From assembly GCA_964291215.2 (NCBI GenBank), contig OZ219791.1, positions 2,432,001-2,496,000 on the forward strand: DNA of 64,000 bases, written 5' to 3'. The number at the start of each line of letters is the position of its first letter. Position 1 is the first letter of the stretch. Source of the stretch: Alphaproteobacteria bacterium (GTDB lineage Bacteria; Pseudomonadota; Alphaproteobacteria; MPNO01; UBA830). A model generated the notes under the pieces. That model did no database searches and was not told the DNA's origin. It saw only the letters and a program-made list of their open reading frames with translations. Shown here piece by piece: positions 20,842 through 31,124 of the stretch. The position numbers and the translations under genes are program-made.

Positions 20842-20981
20842 CTGCGGAACCGCATCGTTGGCGGAAACAAGGGCATTCTGACAGCGGCGCCGTGGCAGGC
20901 AAGGGCCGCCGCCGCGCCATCGTCCAGGACGCCGGCCGCCATTTTGGCGCCGAAGGGGCGGCCTCCGGCGCCGTCCGGCCC

Positions 20982-22292
20982 CTATCTGCCGTGGTGGTTA
21001 GCCGCCAGTCTCGAGACCGCGCTCGACGCCGCGATCTTGCCGTCGACGGCAAAGGCTTCATGATTGGAGACGATCCTGCCGGGATCATACAGGTAGTTCA
21101 CCATGATTCCGAAGGACTGTTCGATCCCCCGGGCCGACAGATCGGCCTCCCAGTTGATCCGCTCGATGCTGGCGCCGTTGCCGAGGTGGAAACGCGCAAC
21201 AGGGTCCGCGGGACGATTGCTGCGTTTCGCCGTGAGCAGATAGGTTGCGCACAGCCGCGTCAGGATCGGCCGCAGCCGCTCCCGGGCAGCGTCGTCGCCG
21301 CACCAGTCGCTGCCGCCCGGGATCTTGTGCGCGTCCTCCAGAATCTGGTGCGGAAGATCCTCGCCGGCCAGCCAGTTGCGAAAGCCCGGCACCGGAGACA
21401 GGGTCGCGAACTGCGCGACACGGGGAAGTTCGGTCTGCAGGGCGTCGACGACCTGCTTGATCAGGAAGTTGCCGAAACTGATGCCGGCGAGCCCCTCCTG
21501 GCAGTTGCTGATCGAATAGAAGATTGCGGCGTCGGGTCGGTGGTCCGTGGTACCGTCGAACGGCGCCTCGATGAGATCGCGTATTCGAACCGCGAGGCCG
21601 TGCGTCAGCGCCACCTCGACGAAGATCAGCGGCTCGTCGGGTAGGGCCGGGTGGAAGAACGCGAAGCATCGCCGGTCCTCGGCGAGGCGCCGGCGCAGAT
21701 CGTCCCATCCTCCGATTTCGTGAACAGCCTCGTAGGCGATCAGCTTTTCGAGAACGATTGCGGGTGTCCGCCAGTCGATACGTTCGAACTGGAGAAATCC
21801 GCGGTTAAACCAGGAGGAAAGCAGATGCCTGAGATCGTATTCCAGCCCCTGCAGCTCTGGCGTACCCAGGATTTGCGGCAGGAGCAGGCGGCGCATGTCG
21901 ACGATCGCCGCTGTGCCGCCCGGTGCCATGTTCAGGCGCCGGAACAGCTCGAGGCGCGGCGTTTCCATGGCGATTGCGAGATCCCTGTAGGATTCCTGGG
22001 TTGGCGAGGAAAGGAACTTGCGCGCGGCATCGGAGATCTCGGCGGCATCCGGCGCGAAGTCGCGATCGAGCCTTGCAAGGGCCTCAACTCTTCGATCGGA
22101 AGGAAGGTCGAAGTAGCGGTCGACTATCTCGCTTGCAAGCGCGGTTCCCGACGCCTCGCCAAGCAGCGAGACAAGATCGCGACATCTCGATGCGAACTTT
22201 TCTATATCGCTGCCAGCGGTCGGCCGCTCGAGATACTGGCGGCCCAGTTCCACCAGCGCCTGCAGGGCCTGGCTGAAGCTGACACTGACCAT
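20982..22292 (-). CDS. Malonyl-CoA decarboxylase
   Basis: SWFNRGFL, YEAVHEI, DRRCFAFFHP, FYSISNCQ.GL.GISFGNFLIKQV and DPVARFHLGNGA motifs. Confidence 0.95.
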   Translation of the reverse strand: MVSVSFSQALQALVELGRQYLERPTAGSDIEKFASRCRDLVSLLGEASGTALASEIVDRYFDLPSDRRVEALARLDRDFAPDAAEISDAARKFLSSPTQESYRDLAIAMETPRLELFRRLNMAPGGTAAIVDMRRLLLPQILGTPELQGLEYDLRHLLSSWFNRGFLQFERIDWRTPAIVLEKLIAYEAVHEIGGWDDLRRRLAEDRRCFAFFHPALPDEPLIFVEVALTHGLAVRIRDLIEAPFDGTTDHRPDAAIFYSISNCQEGLAGISFGNFLIKQVVDALQTELPRVAQFATLSPVPGFRNWLAGEDLPHQILEDAHKIPGGSDWCGDDAARERLRPILTRLCATYLLTAKRSNRPADPVARFHLGNGASIERINWEADLSARGIEQSFGIMVNYLYDPGRIVSNHEAFAVDGKIAASSAVSRLAANHHGR

Positions 22293-22682
22293 TGCTCTCG
22301 CCCTCTTGCGATCCGCCCGAAAAGGAATGGCGAGATGTCACGGCCGGGGAATCCTGGCGGGAAGAAGCCGATTCCGGCAGCAAGGCGCAGCGTGCCGGGG
22401 CGTCAGCATGCTGTCCCGAAGCCCCGATCGGCGCCGACGACATCCGCGCACGAGGCATCATATCCGCCTTCCCCGCGTGCAGCAATTTCCGCGGACGGCA
22501 GAATCGCCCGCCATACTTGGCGCCGGAAACCGGGAAATCGCGAGCGCCTTTGTGGTTCTGCGGCATGCCCCGGGTTTCTGCCTTGATCCGGTTGCAGGCG
22601 GTTTGTAGGCTCTCTGCCGGCGCCGGAAGCGGCGCCGGCCCCGGACGGCCGGCAAGTGAACCGAAGGGAGAAGACCCGACCG

Positions 22683-24110
22683 ATGAACCGTATTTCGAAC
22701 CGGCCGGGCGGGACCGACCTTCGCAGCTTCCTCTCGTTTCTCGAAAACAATCATCCCGAGCAGGTGCTTCGTGTCTCCAGGGAGGTGGATCCCGACTTTG
22801 GCGTTTCGGGCATCCTGCACCGCCTCGAGCGCGACGGCCATTTCAGGGTTGTGATCTTCGAGAAGGTGAGGGGATCGGGGATTCCCCTGGTTTCCAACAT
22901 GCATGCGGACTTCGAGCGCCTCCGCCTGGCGCTTGGCATGGACGAGGGAGACGAGAAGGCATTCCTTGCCGAATACGGCGCCCGCGAATCGGCGCCGCTG
23001 GCGCCCGTTGTCGTCGATGACGGTCCGGTGCAGGAAGTCGTCAGGATCGGCGACGAGGTGGACCTTGGAGAGCTCCCGATCTGCACTTATCACGAGCTTG
23101 ATGCCGGAAAGTACGTGACTGCAGGCCTCGGTCTCATGCGCGATCCCGAAACCGGAATCGAGAATATCGGGATCTACCGCCACATGGTCCACGGTCGCAA
23201 CGAGCTCGGCATCCAGCTCTCCGAGACCGCCCATGGCAACATCATCTGGCAGAAGTACGAGGCCCGCAGCGAGCCCTGCCCGATCGCTATCGTCATCGGC
23301 CACCATCCGGCGTTCTTTCTCGGCGCGCTCAGTTTTTCGCCGATGGAGGCCAACGAACTGCATATCGCGGGTGGCGTCCGCCAGTCCCCGGTCGAACTCG
23401 TGCCCTGCCGGACGATACCTCTTGCCGTTCCCGCCGATGCCGAAATCGTCCTCGAGTGCGAGATCCGGCCTACCGAGAGGCGACCCGAAGCACCGTTCGG
23501 GGAATATCCGGGAACCTACGGGCCACTGCGCCTCAATCCGGTGCTTGAGGTCAAGGCTATCACGCATCGCCGCGATCCGCTCTATCAGGACGCTTTTGTC
23601 GGACATGCCGATCACCTGTTGCTCGCCGGCATCATTCGCGCGTCCGCGATCGAGAAGACCGTGCGCATCGCGTGCCCGACCGTGACGCGCGTACGGGTGT
23701 CGCGTGCGGGCTCCTACCGCTTCGTGTGCTACATCGCGATCGATCGCAAGATTGAGGGCGAGGCCAAGCAGGCGGCGATGGCGGCATTTGTCGCCGATCC
23801 CTTTCTCAAGTTTGCGGTCGTCGTCGACAGCGATGTCGATATCGCTAGCGATACCGAAGTCATGCACGCGATCGGCACCCGTGTCCGTGCCGACCGGGAT
23901 GTCTTCATGGTGCCGTACGCCAAGGGCTCACCGCTCGATCCCGCCTCCTACGATCCCGAGGGAGGATCGCATCTGGTTACCAAGATGGGCATCGATGCCA
24001 CCCGCAAGGATGATTATCCGGCGGAGATCTCGGTGCCCGGCGCCGACGGAATCGATCTCGCCGAGTTCATCGACGAATATGTCGGGCCAGGAGGGAACGG
24101 GATCTCATGA
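22683..24110 (+). CDS. UbiD family decarboxylase (second paralogue)
   Basis: NIGIYR, VPADAEIVLE, EAPFGEYPG, SPLDP and KMGIDAT motifs. Confidence 0.92.
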   Translation: MNRISNRPGGTDLRSFLSFLENNHPEQVLRVSREVDPDFGVSGILHRLERDGHFRVVIFEKVRGSGIPLVSNMHADFERLRLALGMDEGDEKAFLAEYGARESAPLAPVVVDDGPVQEVVRIGDEVDLGELPICTYHELDAGKYVTAGLGLMRDPETGIENIGIYRHMVHGRNELGIQLSETAHGNIIWQKYEARSEPCPIAIVIGHHPAFFLGALSFSPMEANELHIAGGVRQSPVELVPCRTIPLAVPADAEIVLECEIRPTERRPEAPFGEYPGTYGPLRLNPVLEVKAITHRRDPLYQDAFVGHADHLLLAGIIRASAIEKTVRIACPTVTRVRVSRAGSYRFVCYIAIDRKIEGEAKQAAMAAFVADPFLKFAVVVDSDVDIASDTEVMHAIGTRVRADRDVFMVPYAKGSPLDPASYDPEGGSHLVTKMGIDATRKDDYPAEISVPGADGIDLAEFIDEYVGPGGNGIS

Positions 24111-25075
24111 CCGAATGCCATCGCATTGACGTCCATCACCACATTCTGCCACCCGACTATGTCGACATCGTCGGCGACGACCGCATCGGACCGCTGATCC
24201 TCGCGGGCAAGACCCCCGAATGGACGGCGGAGATGTCGATCGAGGCCATGGACCGCAACGGCATCGACACGGCCGTGACATCGATTTCCGCGCCGGGGCT
24301 GTGGTTCGGCGACACCGGGGAGACAGTGCGCCTCTGCCGGCACTGCAACGAATATGCCGCCGAGATCAGGCGCACGCATCCCGGCCGGTTCGGCATGTTC
24401 GCAAGCCTGCCGCTTCCCGATGTAGACGCGAGTCTCGCGGAGATCGCCTATGCCCTCGACGATCTCGGGGCCGACGGCATAGGGCTGCTGACCAGCTACG
24501 GCGATCGCTATCCGGGCGATCCCGCATTCGCACCGGTCTTCGACGAGCTGAACCGCCGCCGTGCCGTCGTGTATTTCCACCCGACCAATGCACCGTGCAG
24601 CCAGTGCCAGCCGGAAATTCCGGCGGCCACGCTCGACTTTCCGTTCGACACGACGCGGGCGGTGGTCAGCCTCCTGTTCGGCGGAACCTTCATGCGCTGC
24701 CGCGACATCCGCTTCATCTTCTCGCATGCCGGCGGCACGGTGCCGTTCCTTGCCGAGCGCATCGGGCGCTTGGCCAACTTGCCGCGGTTCGGCGAAAAGG
24801 TTCCGGACGGAGTCTTGGCGGAGCTGGAAAGGCTCTATTTCGATACCGCGCTTTCCGCCAACCGACTTGCCTTCGCGAGCCTCCTCGAACTGGTTGCCGC
24901 CGACCATGTCCTCTTTGGCAGCGACTACCCCTTCGCACCGGAAGCCACGATGACCGGGTCCGTCAAGGCCTTGCAGAATCTGGGCCTCGACGGCGGGACG
25001 CTGCGTGGAATCGAACGCGACAATGCGCTGTCCCTCATGCCCGGACTGGCACGCACACCAACCGGGTCGGGCTGA
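24107..25075 (+). CDS. Amidohydrolase_2 family protein (ACMSD/non-oxidative decarboxylase-like)
   Basis: IDVHHH, VYFHP, FPFDTTRA, SHAGGTVP and FGSDYPF motifs; ATGA overlap with ubiD. Confidence 0.9.
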   Translation: MTECHRIDVHHHILPPDYVDIVGDDRIGPLILAGKTPEWTAEMSIEAMDRNGIDTAVTSISAPGLWFGDTGETVRLCRHCNEYAAEIRRTHPGRFGMFASLPLPDVDASLAEIAYALDDLGADGIGLLTSYGDRYPGDPAFAPVFDELNRRRAVVYFHPTNAPCSQCQPEIPAATLDFPFDTTRAVVSLLFGGTFMRCRDIRFIFSHAGGTVPFLAERIGRLANLPRFGEKVPDGVLAELERLYFDTALSANRLAFASLLELVAADHVLFGSDYPFAPEATMTGSVKALQNLGLDGGTLRGIERDNALSLMPGLARTPTGSG

Positions 25076-25240
25076 ATCCGGCGCTGCGACCGCGCGCGAT
25101 CCGGAGCGCCGGACCTTTCTGGCGATCTGTTGCATGCGAGGCGGAAAGCCTGCATTTTCGGCGTCCCGGACGCCGATCACCGGAAGGGTGCCTTTCGGTC
25201 GTCGGGTTGTTCGCACCAGTGCGGGGGACTTTTTCGACCG

Positions 25241-25711
25241 ATGGCGGTTCTGGTTCTTTGCGTCAACGGGGAGCGGCGGGAAACGGCCGTCGACCCGTCG
25301 ACGCCGCTCATCTTCGTGCTTCGCAACGAGTTCGGTCTGACTGGCGCCAAGCTCGGCTGTGGTCTGGAACAGTGTGGCGCCTGCGCCGTGCTGGCGGATG
25401 GCGAGCGTGTGCTCAGCTGCAACCGACCGGTGGCCGAGTTCGCGGAAACCGAGATCGTCACTGCCGAGGCCCTTGAGCGCGATCGCATCGGGGAGCGGGT
25501 GCAGTCCGCCTTCGTTGCCGAGACCGCAGCCCAGTGCGGCTATTGCACGCCCGGGCTCGTGGTGGCGGCGACGGCCCTGCTTAAGGCCAACCCGTTGCCG
25601 GAGGAGGACGAGATCCGGGCCGCACTCAACGACCATCTCTGCCGCTGCGGTTCGCACGCATCGGTGCTTGCCGCGGTGCGGCGCGCGGCCGCGGGGACGG
25701 CAGATGGCTAG
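25241..25711 (+). CDS. (2Fe-2S)-binding subunit of a Mo-hydroxylase (CoxS/IorA-like)
   Basis: GAKLGCGLEQCGACAV, QCGYCTPG and LCRCG motifs. Confidence 0.92.
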   Translation: MAVLVLCVNGERRETAVDPSTPLIFVLRNEFGLTGAKLGCGLEQCGACAVLADGERVLSCNRPVAEFAETEIVTAEALERDRIGERVQSAFVAETAAQCGYCTPGLVVAATALLKANPLPEEDEIRAALNDHLCRCGSHASVLAAVRRAAAGTADG

Positions 25712-27851
25712 TGCCAGCCTCGAGAGGCATCCCTGGCTCGATTCATGGATCAAGATCGGCACGGACGGCAGTATCCTGTTGCGAACCGGAAAGGTCGATA
25801 TCGGCCAGCGAATCTCCACAGCGCTTGTGCTGATCGCTGCTGAAGAACTCGATGTGGATCCGTCCATGATCGATGTCGTGCGCACCGAGACCGGACGAGA
25901 CCCCGACGAGGGCATCACCTCCGGCAGCTATTCGATGGAGCAGTCAGGCAATGCACTCCGCCATGCCGCAGCAACGGCGCGGCGCCATATGGTCGCGCGT
26001 GCCGCCGAAGCTCTCGGCGTGGACTGCGCGGACCTTGAGATCGATGACGGTGTTATCCGCGCCCGAGACACCAACCGCAGCGTCAGCTATGCCGAGCTTC
26101 AGGGCGGGCAGCCGTTTGGAATTGCCGTCGACCCCGATGCCGCGGTCAAGGCGCCGTCGTCGCATCGTTTGATTGGCACGGCGGCGACGCCGCGCGGAAT
26201 GGCGGATATCGTGTCGGGACGGTACGAGTTCCTGCACGATCTGAAGTTGCCGGACATGCTTCATGCCCGGGTTGTCCGCCCGCCTCACTACCACGCAAGA
26301 CTGATGGCGTTGAACGACAGCGTCGCGGAATGCCTTGCGGGTCGCGACATCAGCCTCGTCCGTGACGGAAGCTTCCTCGCGGTCGCAGGACGCGACGAAT
26401 ACGCGGTGATCCGCGCCGCTGACACGGTCGCCGCCGCCGCCGAATGGGACCTCGGCGAAGGGCTGGAAGCACAGGATGTCTATGAACGGTTGTGGACCAA
26501 TCCGCGTGTGAGCCTGCCGGTTGTCGACGGCGCTCCCGTCGAGGAACCGGTGCCGGCGCTGACACCGCCGCCCGAAGGCGCGATGGTCACGCTGTCAGCG
26601 CGCTACGAGAAGCCCTACCACATGCATGGCTCGATCGGCCCATCGGCGGCGATGGCGTGGTGGCGCGACAGCGGGCTGGAGATCCGTTCGCACAGCCAGG
26701 GCGTTTACATCCTGCGCGATGCGATTTCCGAAACGTTCGGAATAGCGGCGGAGGACATCCGTATCCGGCATGCGCCGGGTGCCGGTTGCTATGGCCACAA
26801 CGGCGCCGACGATGCGGCGCTCGACGCGGCTCTGGTCGCGCGCGCCTTGCCCGGTTCGCCGGTGCTGCTCAAATGGACCCGCGAGGAAGAACATGGCTGG
26901 GAGCCCTATGGCACCTGCACGTCGATGGACCTGCAGGCAAGTCTCGATACCGGCGGCAGAGTCGTGCAATGGTCGCACGACAGCTGCGGCGACAGCTACG
27001 CGCTGAGGCCGCGATCGGGTCCGGGCAGGGCCGGTGCGGCGCGGCTGCTGTCGAGCCGTTATCTGCCCGATCCTCCGCCGGCCTTCGTGCCGGGCCCGGC
27101 TATGGGAAAGCACGTGGGAATCCACCGTAACCTCGACCCGCTTTACGATTTCGCCGGACGCCGCCTCGTGAAGCACCTCGTGCGCGGCCTGCCGCTGAGG
27201 ACATCGGCCCTGAGATCGCTCGGCGGCTACCCCAACGTCTTTGCCATCGAATGCTTCATCGACGAGCTGGCGGCGATGGCCGGCATCGATCCGATTGCGT
27301 TCCGCCTTGGTCATCTCCGGGACGAGCGGGCCCGCCGGACGATCAGCGAAGCCGCGGGATTGATGGCTGGTTGGCCAGCGGCGGAGGGCCGGGGCAGGGG
27401 GTTTGGCTTCGCGCGCTACAAGAACGTTCAGGCCTATGCCGCTGTGGCCGTTGAGCTCGAGGTTACCGACGACGCCGAGGTGAAACTGCACCGCATGGCG
27501 CTTGCGGCCGATGCTGGCGAAGTCGTCGACCGTGCGGGCCTCGCGGCGCAGATCGAGGGTGGCGCGCTTCAGGCCGCAAGCTGGACCCTCTATGAGGAGG
27601 TCACGTTCGATGGCGGCGGAATCACGAGCAGGGACTGGGAGACCTATCCGATCCTGCGCTTCGACAACGTACCGGCGATCACCACCGTTCTCGTCGATCG
27701 GCCCGGCGACTTGTTTCTCGGCGCTGGCGAAACGGTGTGTGGTCCGACGGCTGCGGCGATCGGCAATGCGATCTTCAATGCGACAGGCTTGCGGCTCCGG
27801 CGGATCCCGTTCGTACCGGATGCGATCCGCACTGCGGCAATGGCTGGCTGA
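25704..27851 (+). CDS. Molybdopterin-dependent oxidoreductase large subunit (xanthine oxidase family; IorB/nicotinate dehydrogenase-like)
   Basis: GKVDIGQ, AAEEL, HGSIGPS, GAGCYGHNGADD, LRSLG, QIEGG and GAGE motifs. Confidence 0.92.
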   Translation: MASASLERHPWLDSWIKIGTDGSILLRTGKVDIGQRISTALVLIAAEELDVDPSMIDVVRTETGRDPDEGITSGSYSMEQSGNALRHAAATARRHMVARAAEALGVDCADLEIDDGVIRARDTNRSVSYAELQGGQPFGIAVDPDAAVKAPSSHRLIGTAATPRGMADIVSGRYEFLHDLKLPDMLHARVVRPPHYHARLMALNDSVAECLAGRDISLVRDGSFLAVAGRDEYAVIRAADTVAAAAEWDLGEGLEAQDVYERLWTNPRVSLPVVDGAPVEEPVPALTPPPEGAMVTLSARYEKPYHMHGSIGPSAAMAWWRDSGLEIRSHSQGVYILRDAISETFGIAAEDIRIRHAPGAGCYGHNGADDAALDAALVARALPGSPVLLKWTREEEHGWEPYGTCTSMDLQASLDTGGRVVQWSHDSCGDSYALRPRSGPGRAGAARLLSSRYLPDPPPAFVPGPAMGKHVGIHRNLDPLYDFAGRRLVKHLVRGLPLRTSALRSLGGYPNVFAIECFIDELAAMAGIDPIAFRLGHLRDERARRTISEAAGLMAGWPAAEGRGRGFGFARYKNVQAYAAVAVELEVTDDAEVKLHRMALAADAGEVVDRAGLAAQIEGGALQAASWTLYEEVTFDGGGITSRDWETYPILRFDNVPAITTVLVDRPGDLFLGAGETVCGPTAAAIGNAIFNATGLRLRRIPFVPDAIRTAAMAG

Positions 27852-27898
27852 GGGCATGGGCGTTGGGAACACACTCTGGAAGAAAGGACAGGCGAGGA

Positions 27899-29197
27899 AT
27901 GTCTGAGCAGATTCACGAATTGACGGCGCTTGACGCCGCGGCGCGCATTCGTGCTGGCGAAATCTCCTCCGAAGATCTGATTCGGGCATGCCTCGACCGT
28001 ATCGCGGCTCGCGAGGACGAAGTCCGGGCCTGGCAGCACATCGACCATGCCTACGCGATCGCGGAGGCGCGCAAGGCTGATGCGTCAGAGCCGCGAAGCC
28101 TGCTGCACGGTGTTCCCTTCGGGGTCAAGGACGTCATCGATACGGAGGATATTCCGACCGAATGCGGTTCGGCGATCTACAGGGATCGGCAGCCTGCGGC
28201 CGACGCCGCGTGCGTGGCGGCGATGCGCGCTGCCGGAGCGGTCCTCATGGGAAAGACGGTAACCACCGAATTCGCGACCTTTACTCCCGGAAAGACACGG
28301 AATCCGCACAACGCCGGGCACACTCCGGGAGGGTCGTCGAGCGGGTCCGCGGCCGCGGTTGGCGCTGCGATGGTGCCGCTTGCTTTCGGCAACCAGACGG
28401 CCGGCTCCCTGATCCGCCCGGCAGCGTATTGCGGCATCTCCGGCTTCAAGCCGACCCATGGCACCGTGGACCTGTCTGGAATATTCGAACTGGTGCCGCG
28501 ACTGGATACGCTCGGCTACATGGCCCGGTCGGTAGATGACCTTGCGGCGTTCTACGGGATCGTTCTCGGACGCCCGGTGTCGGCTCCACCGGAGGACGGG
28601 CCGGGACGCGCGCCGCGCATCGGATTGTGCCGCACGTTCCACTGGCGCGAAGCTGCGCCGGAGACCGTCGAGGCGGTCGAGTCGGCGGCCGCCTTCTGTG
28701 CCGGGATGGGCGCAGAGGTGGACGAGGTCGAGATGCCACCGCATTTCGCCGGTCTGGCTGAGACGCACACGACCATACTGAATGCCGGGCTGGGCAAGAG
28801 CATGAACGAGTTTTTTCACGCTGACGGAGACCGTCTGAGCGAGCGGCTCCGGCAGATGATCCGCGACGGTCTGGAGACTTCGGACGAAGCGCTTCAGGAG
28901 GCGACCGGTCATGCCGACCGCTGCGTTGCCGAGTTCAGCGGCGTGATGGGTGACCATGATGTGTTTCTCGCGCCGAGCGCGCCTGGCGAGGCGCCGGCCG
29001 GAACGGCGTCGACCGGCAATCCTGTCTTTCAGGTCGTGTGGACGCTTCTGCAGGTGCCGTGCATAACCCTTCCCTGGTCTTCCGGGCCCAACGGTCTTCC
29101 CGTCGGCGTGCAACTCATCGGCCGGCGTGGCGACGACGACATGGTGCTCAGGGTTGCCAAATGGCTCGAAACACGCCATCGCGCCGCGGCCCCGTAG
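27899..29197 (+). CDS. Amidase signature family protein
   Basis: GVPFGVKD, GKTVTTEFA, PGGSSSGSAAAV and QTAGSLIRPAAYCG motifs. Confidence 0.93.
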   Translation: MSEQIHELTALDAAARIRAGEISSEDLIRACLDRIAAREDEVRAWQHIDHAYAIAEARKADASEPRSLLHGVPFGVKDVIDTEDIPTECGSAIYRDRQPAADAACVAAMRAAGAVLMGKTVTTEFATFTPGKTRNPHNAGHTPGGSSSGSAAAVGAAMVPLAFGNQTAGSLIRPAAYCGISGFKPTHGTVDLSGIFELVPRLDTLGYMARSVDDLAAFYGIVLGRPVSAPPEDGPGRAPRIGLCRTFHWREAAPETVEAVESAAAFCAGMGAEVDEVEMPPHFAGLAETHTTILNAGLGKSMNEFFHADGDRLSERLRQMIRDGLETSDEALQEATGHADRCVAEFSGVMGDHDVFLAPSAPGEAPAGTASTGNPVFQVVWTLLQVPCITLPWSSGPNGLPVGVQLIGRRGDDDMVLRVAKWLETRHRAAAP

Positions 29198-29323
29198 GTC
29201 CGCCGGACCCGGGGCAGGCGCCGGGCCGTCAGCGGTTCCGCCCGTGTTCCCGGTGAGGGGTTGCCGAAGGCGCGTCAGCTTCTATTTCGGCAATGGCGCA
29301 TCGCAAGACAGGGAGGACGCAGC

Positions 29324-29677
29324 ATGGGTTATGTGGACGGAGCGGTTATCGCCGTGCCTACCGCGAACAGGGAGGCCTATCGCAGCCACTCCAGGGAGGT
29401 GGCAAAGGTCTTCAAGGAGCACGGTGCGCTCAATGTCGTGGAGTGCTGGGGTGATAACGTTCCCGATGGCGAGGTCACCTCGTTTCCGATGGCCGTCCGG
29501 TGCAAACCGGACGAGACGGTGGTGTTTTGCTGGATCATGTGGCCGTCGCGTGACGTGCGCGACGAGGCTATGCCGAAGGCGATGGCCGACCGTCGCCTCC
29601 AATCCGACGGCAACGCCATGCCTTTCGACGGCAAACGCATGATTTACGGGAGCTTCGAGGTCATCATCGACGAGTAG
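29324..29677 (+). CDS. DUF1428 (YbaA-like) protein
   Basis: YVDG.VIAVP, ECWGD.VP.G..TSF and MPFDGKRMIYG motifs. Confidence 0.9.
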   Translation: MGYVDGAVIAVPTANREAYRSHSREVAKVFKEHGALNVVECWGDNVPDGEVTSFPMAVRCKPDETVVFCWIMWPSRDVRDEAMPKAMADRRLQSDGNAMPFDGKRMIYGSFEVIIDE

Positions 29678-29867
29678 CTCCGATTCTCGATGCTGGCGTC
29701 TTGCCGGAGTTGCGCGGTGCAGGGTACTGCCTGTCGATCCAGTTACGCTGAGAATGGGCGCATAACTGCGGTTCTTCTCTGACAGAGCGCTGGCAACCGG
29801 GAGCATTGCCACGCTTGCGCGGCCGGTTGCCGCTCGATTCTACTGCGGAGATTTCCGGAGGCGACAA

Positions 29868-31025
29868 ATGACGAAGGACGGGTTGGCCCGCATCCCGAAC
29901 CAGCGCCATCTCTTCGACGTTCCTGCAGAGGTGGCATACTTCAATTGCGCCTACATGGCGCCGCTCATGCACCGCGTGCTTGAGGCAGGCGACCGGGGCG
30001 TGCGGTCGAAAGCCCGGCCATGGACGATCGCATCCGACGATTTCTTCGCCGGCATGGAGCGGGCTCGAGACCTCTTCTCGCAGATCATCGGTGCGGATGC
30101 CGAAGGCGTAGCGCTGGTTCCGTCGGCGAGCTACGGACTTTCGTGTGCGGCACGTAATATCGTTGTCACGCCCGGAGACAGGATTCTGGTTCTCGCGGAA
30201 CAGTTCCCGTCCAACGTCTACACCTGGCGGGAGACGGCGCGGATGCATGGCGCGACGCTTGTCGCGGTGGACCGGCCTCCCGATGATGACTGGTCGCGGG
30301 CGGTGCTCGCGGCGATCGACGAACGTGTGTCGGTGGTCGCGCTTCCGCAGTGCCACTGGACTGACGGCGGCCTGCTCGACCTCGTGCGCATCGGCGCCCG
30401 CTGCAGGGAGGTCGGAGCAACGCTGGTGCTCGACCTTACCCAGTCTGCGGGCGCGCTCAGATTCAATGCTGTGGAGGTGCAGCCGGACTACCTCGTGTCC
30501 GCGGGCTACAAGTGGCTGCTCGGACCCTATTCGCTCGGTTTCCTCTGGGTGGCGCCGGAACATCGGGATGGGCGGCCAATAGAGTACAACTGGATGGGCC
30601 GCGCGGGCGCGGACAACTTCGCCCGCCTCGTGGACTATCGAGACGACTACCGGCCGGGGGCCCGCCGCTTCGATGTCGGAGAGGGAGCGAATTTCGTTCT
30701 GGTTCCGATGATCACTGCCGCCCTCGAGCAGATACTGAGTTGGGGCGTCAAGGGAATCGAGACTGCAATCGGTGCTCGGACCGGCCGGATTGCCGAACGT
30801 GCGGCCAGCCTCGGCCTTCGTTCGGCGCCGGCTGCACTCCGCGCCGCGCACTTTCTCGGGCTCCAGTTTCCAGGCGGCCTTCCTGACGAACTGCCTGCAG
30901 CCCTTGCCGCGGAGAATATCCATGTGAGCGCCCGCGGAACCTCATTGCGGGTAACGCCACATCTCTACAATACCGATGAAGACATCGATCGGCTCCTTGC
31001 AGTGCTTGAACAGCTCCTGGACTGA
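29868..31025 (+). CDS. Class V PLP-dependent aminotransferase / cysteine desulfurase-like enzyme
   Basis: YFNCAYMAP, QFPSN, DLTQSAG, YKWLLGP and RVTPHLYN motifs. Confidence 0.9.
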   Translation: MTKDGLARIPNQRHLFDVPAEVAYFNCAYMAPLMHRVLEAGDRGVRSKARPWTIASDDFFAGMERARDLFSQIIGADAEGVALVPSASYGLSCAARNIVVTPGDRILVLAEQFPSNVYTWRETARMHGATLVAVDRPPDDDWSRAVLAAIDERVSVVALPQCHWTDGGLLDLVRIGARCREVGATLVLDLTQSAGALRFNAVEVQPDYLVSAGYKWLLGPYSLGFLWVAPEHRDGRPIEYNWMGRAGADNFARLVDYRDDYRPGARRFDVGEGANFVLVPMITAALEQILSWGVKGIETAIGARTGRIAERAASLGLRSAPAALRAAHFLGLQFPGGLPDELPAALAAENIHVSARGTSLRVTPHLYNTDEDIDRLLAVLEQLLD

Positions 31026-31124
31026 TCATTCTGTCGGCAGACTCGGCGGCTGCCACGCCGGCCGTCCTTTGTATTCCGCCGTCGAATCAACCCCCTGGAT
31101 TGCCGCATTGCCAGTGTTCACACG

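Noticed and set aside
16721-31124. 11-bp direct repeat GTGTTCACACG at both edges of the central gene block (16721, 31114)
   Set aside because: The left copy is not adjacent to an IS terminus and overlaps the pyrD-like stop, and GTGTTCACAC recurs near 31486; cannot be supported as a TSD or att site
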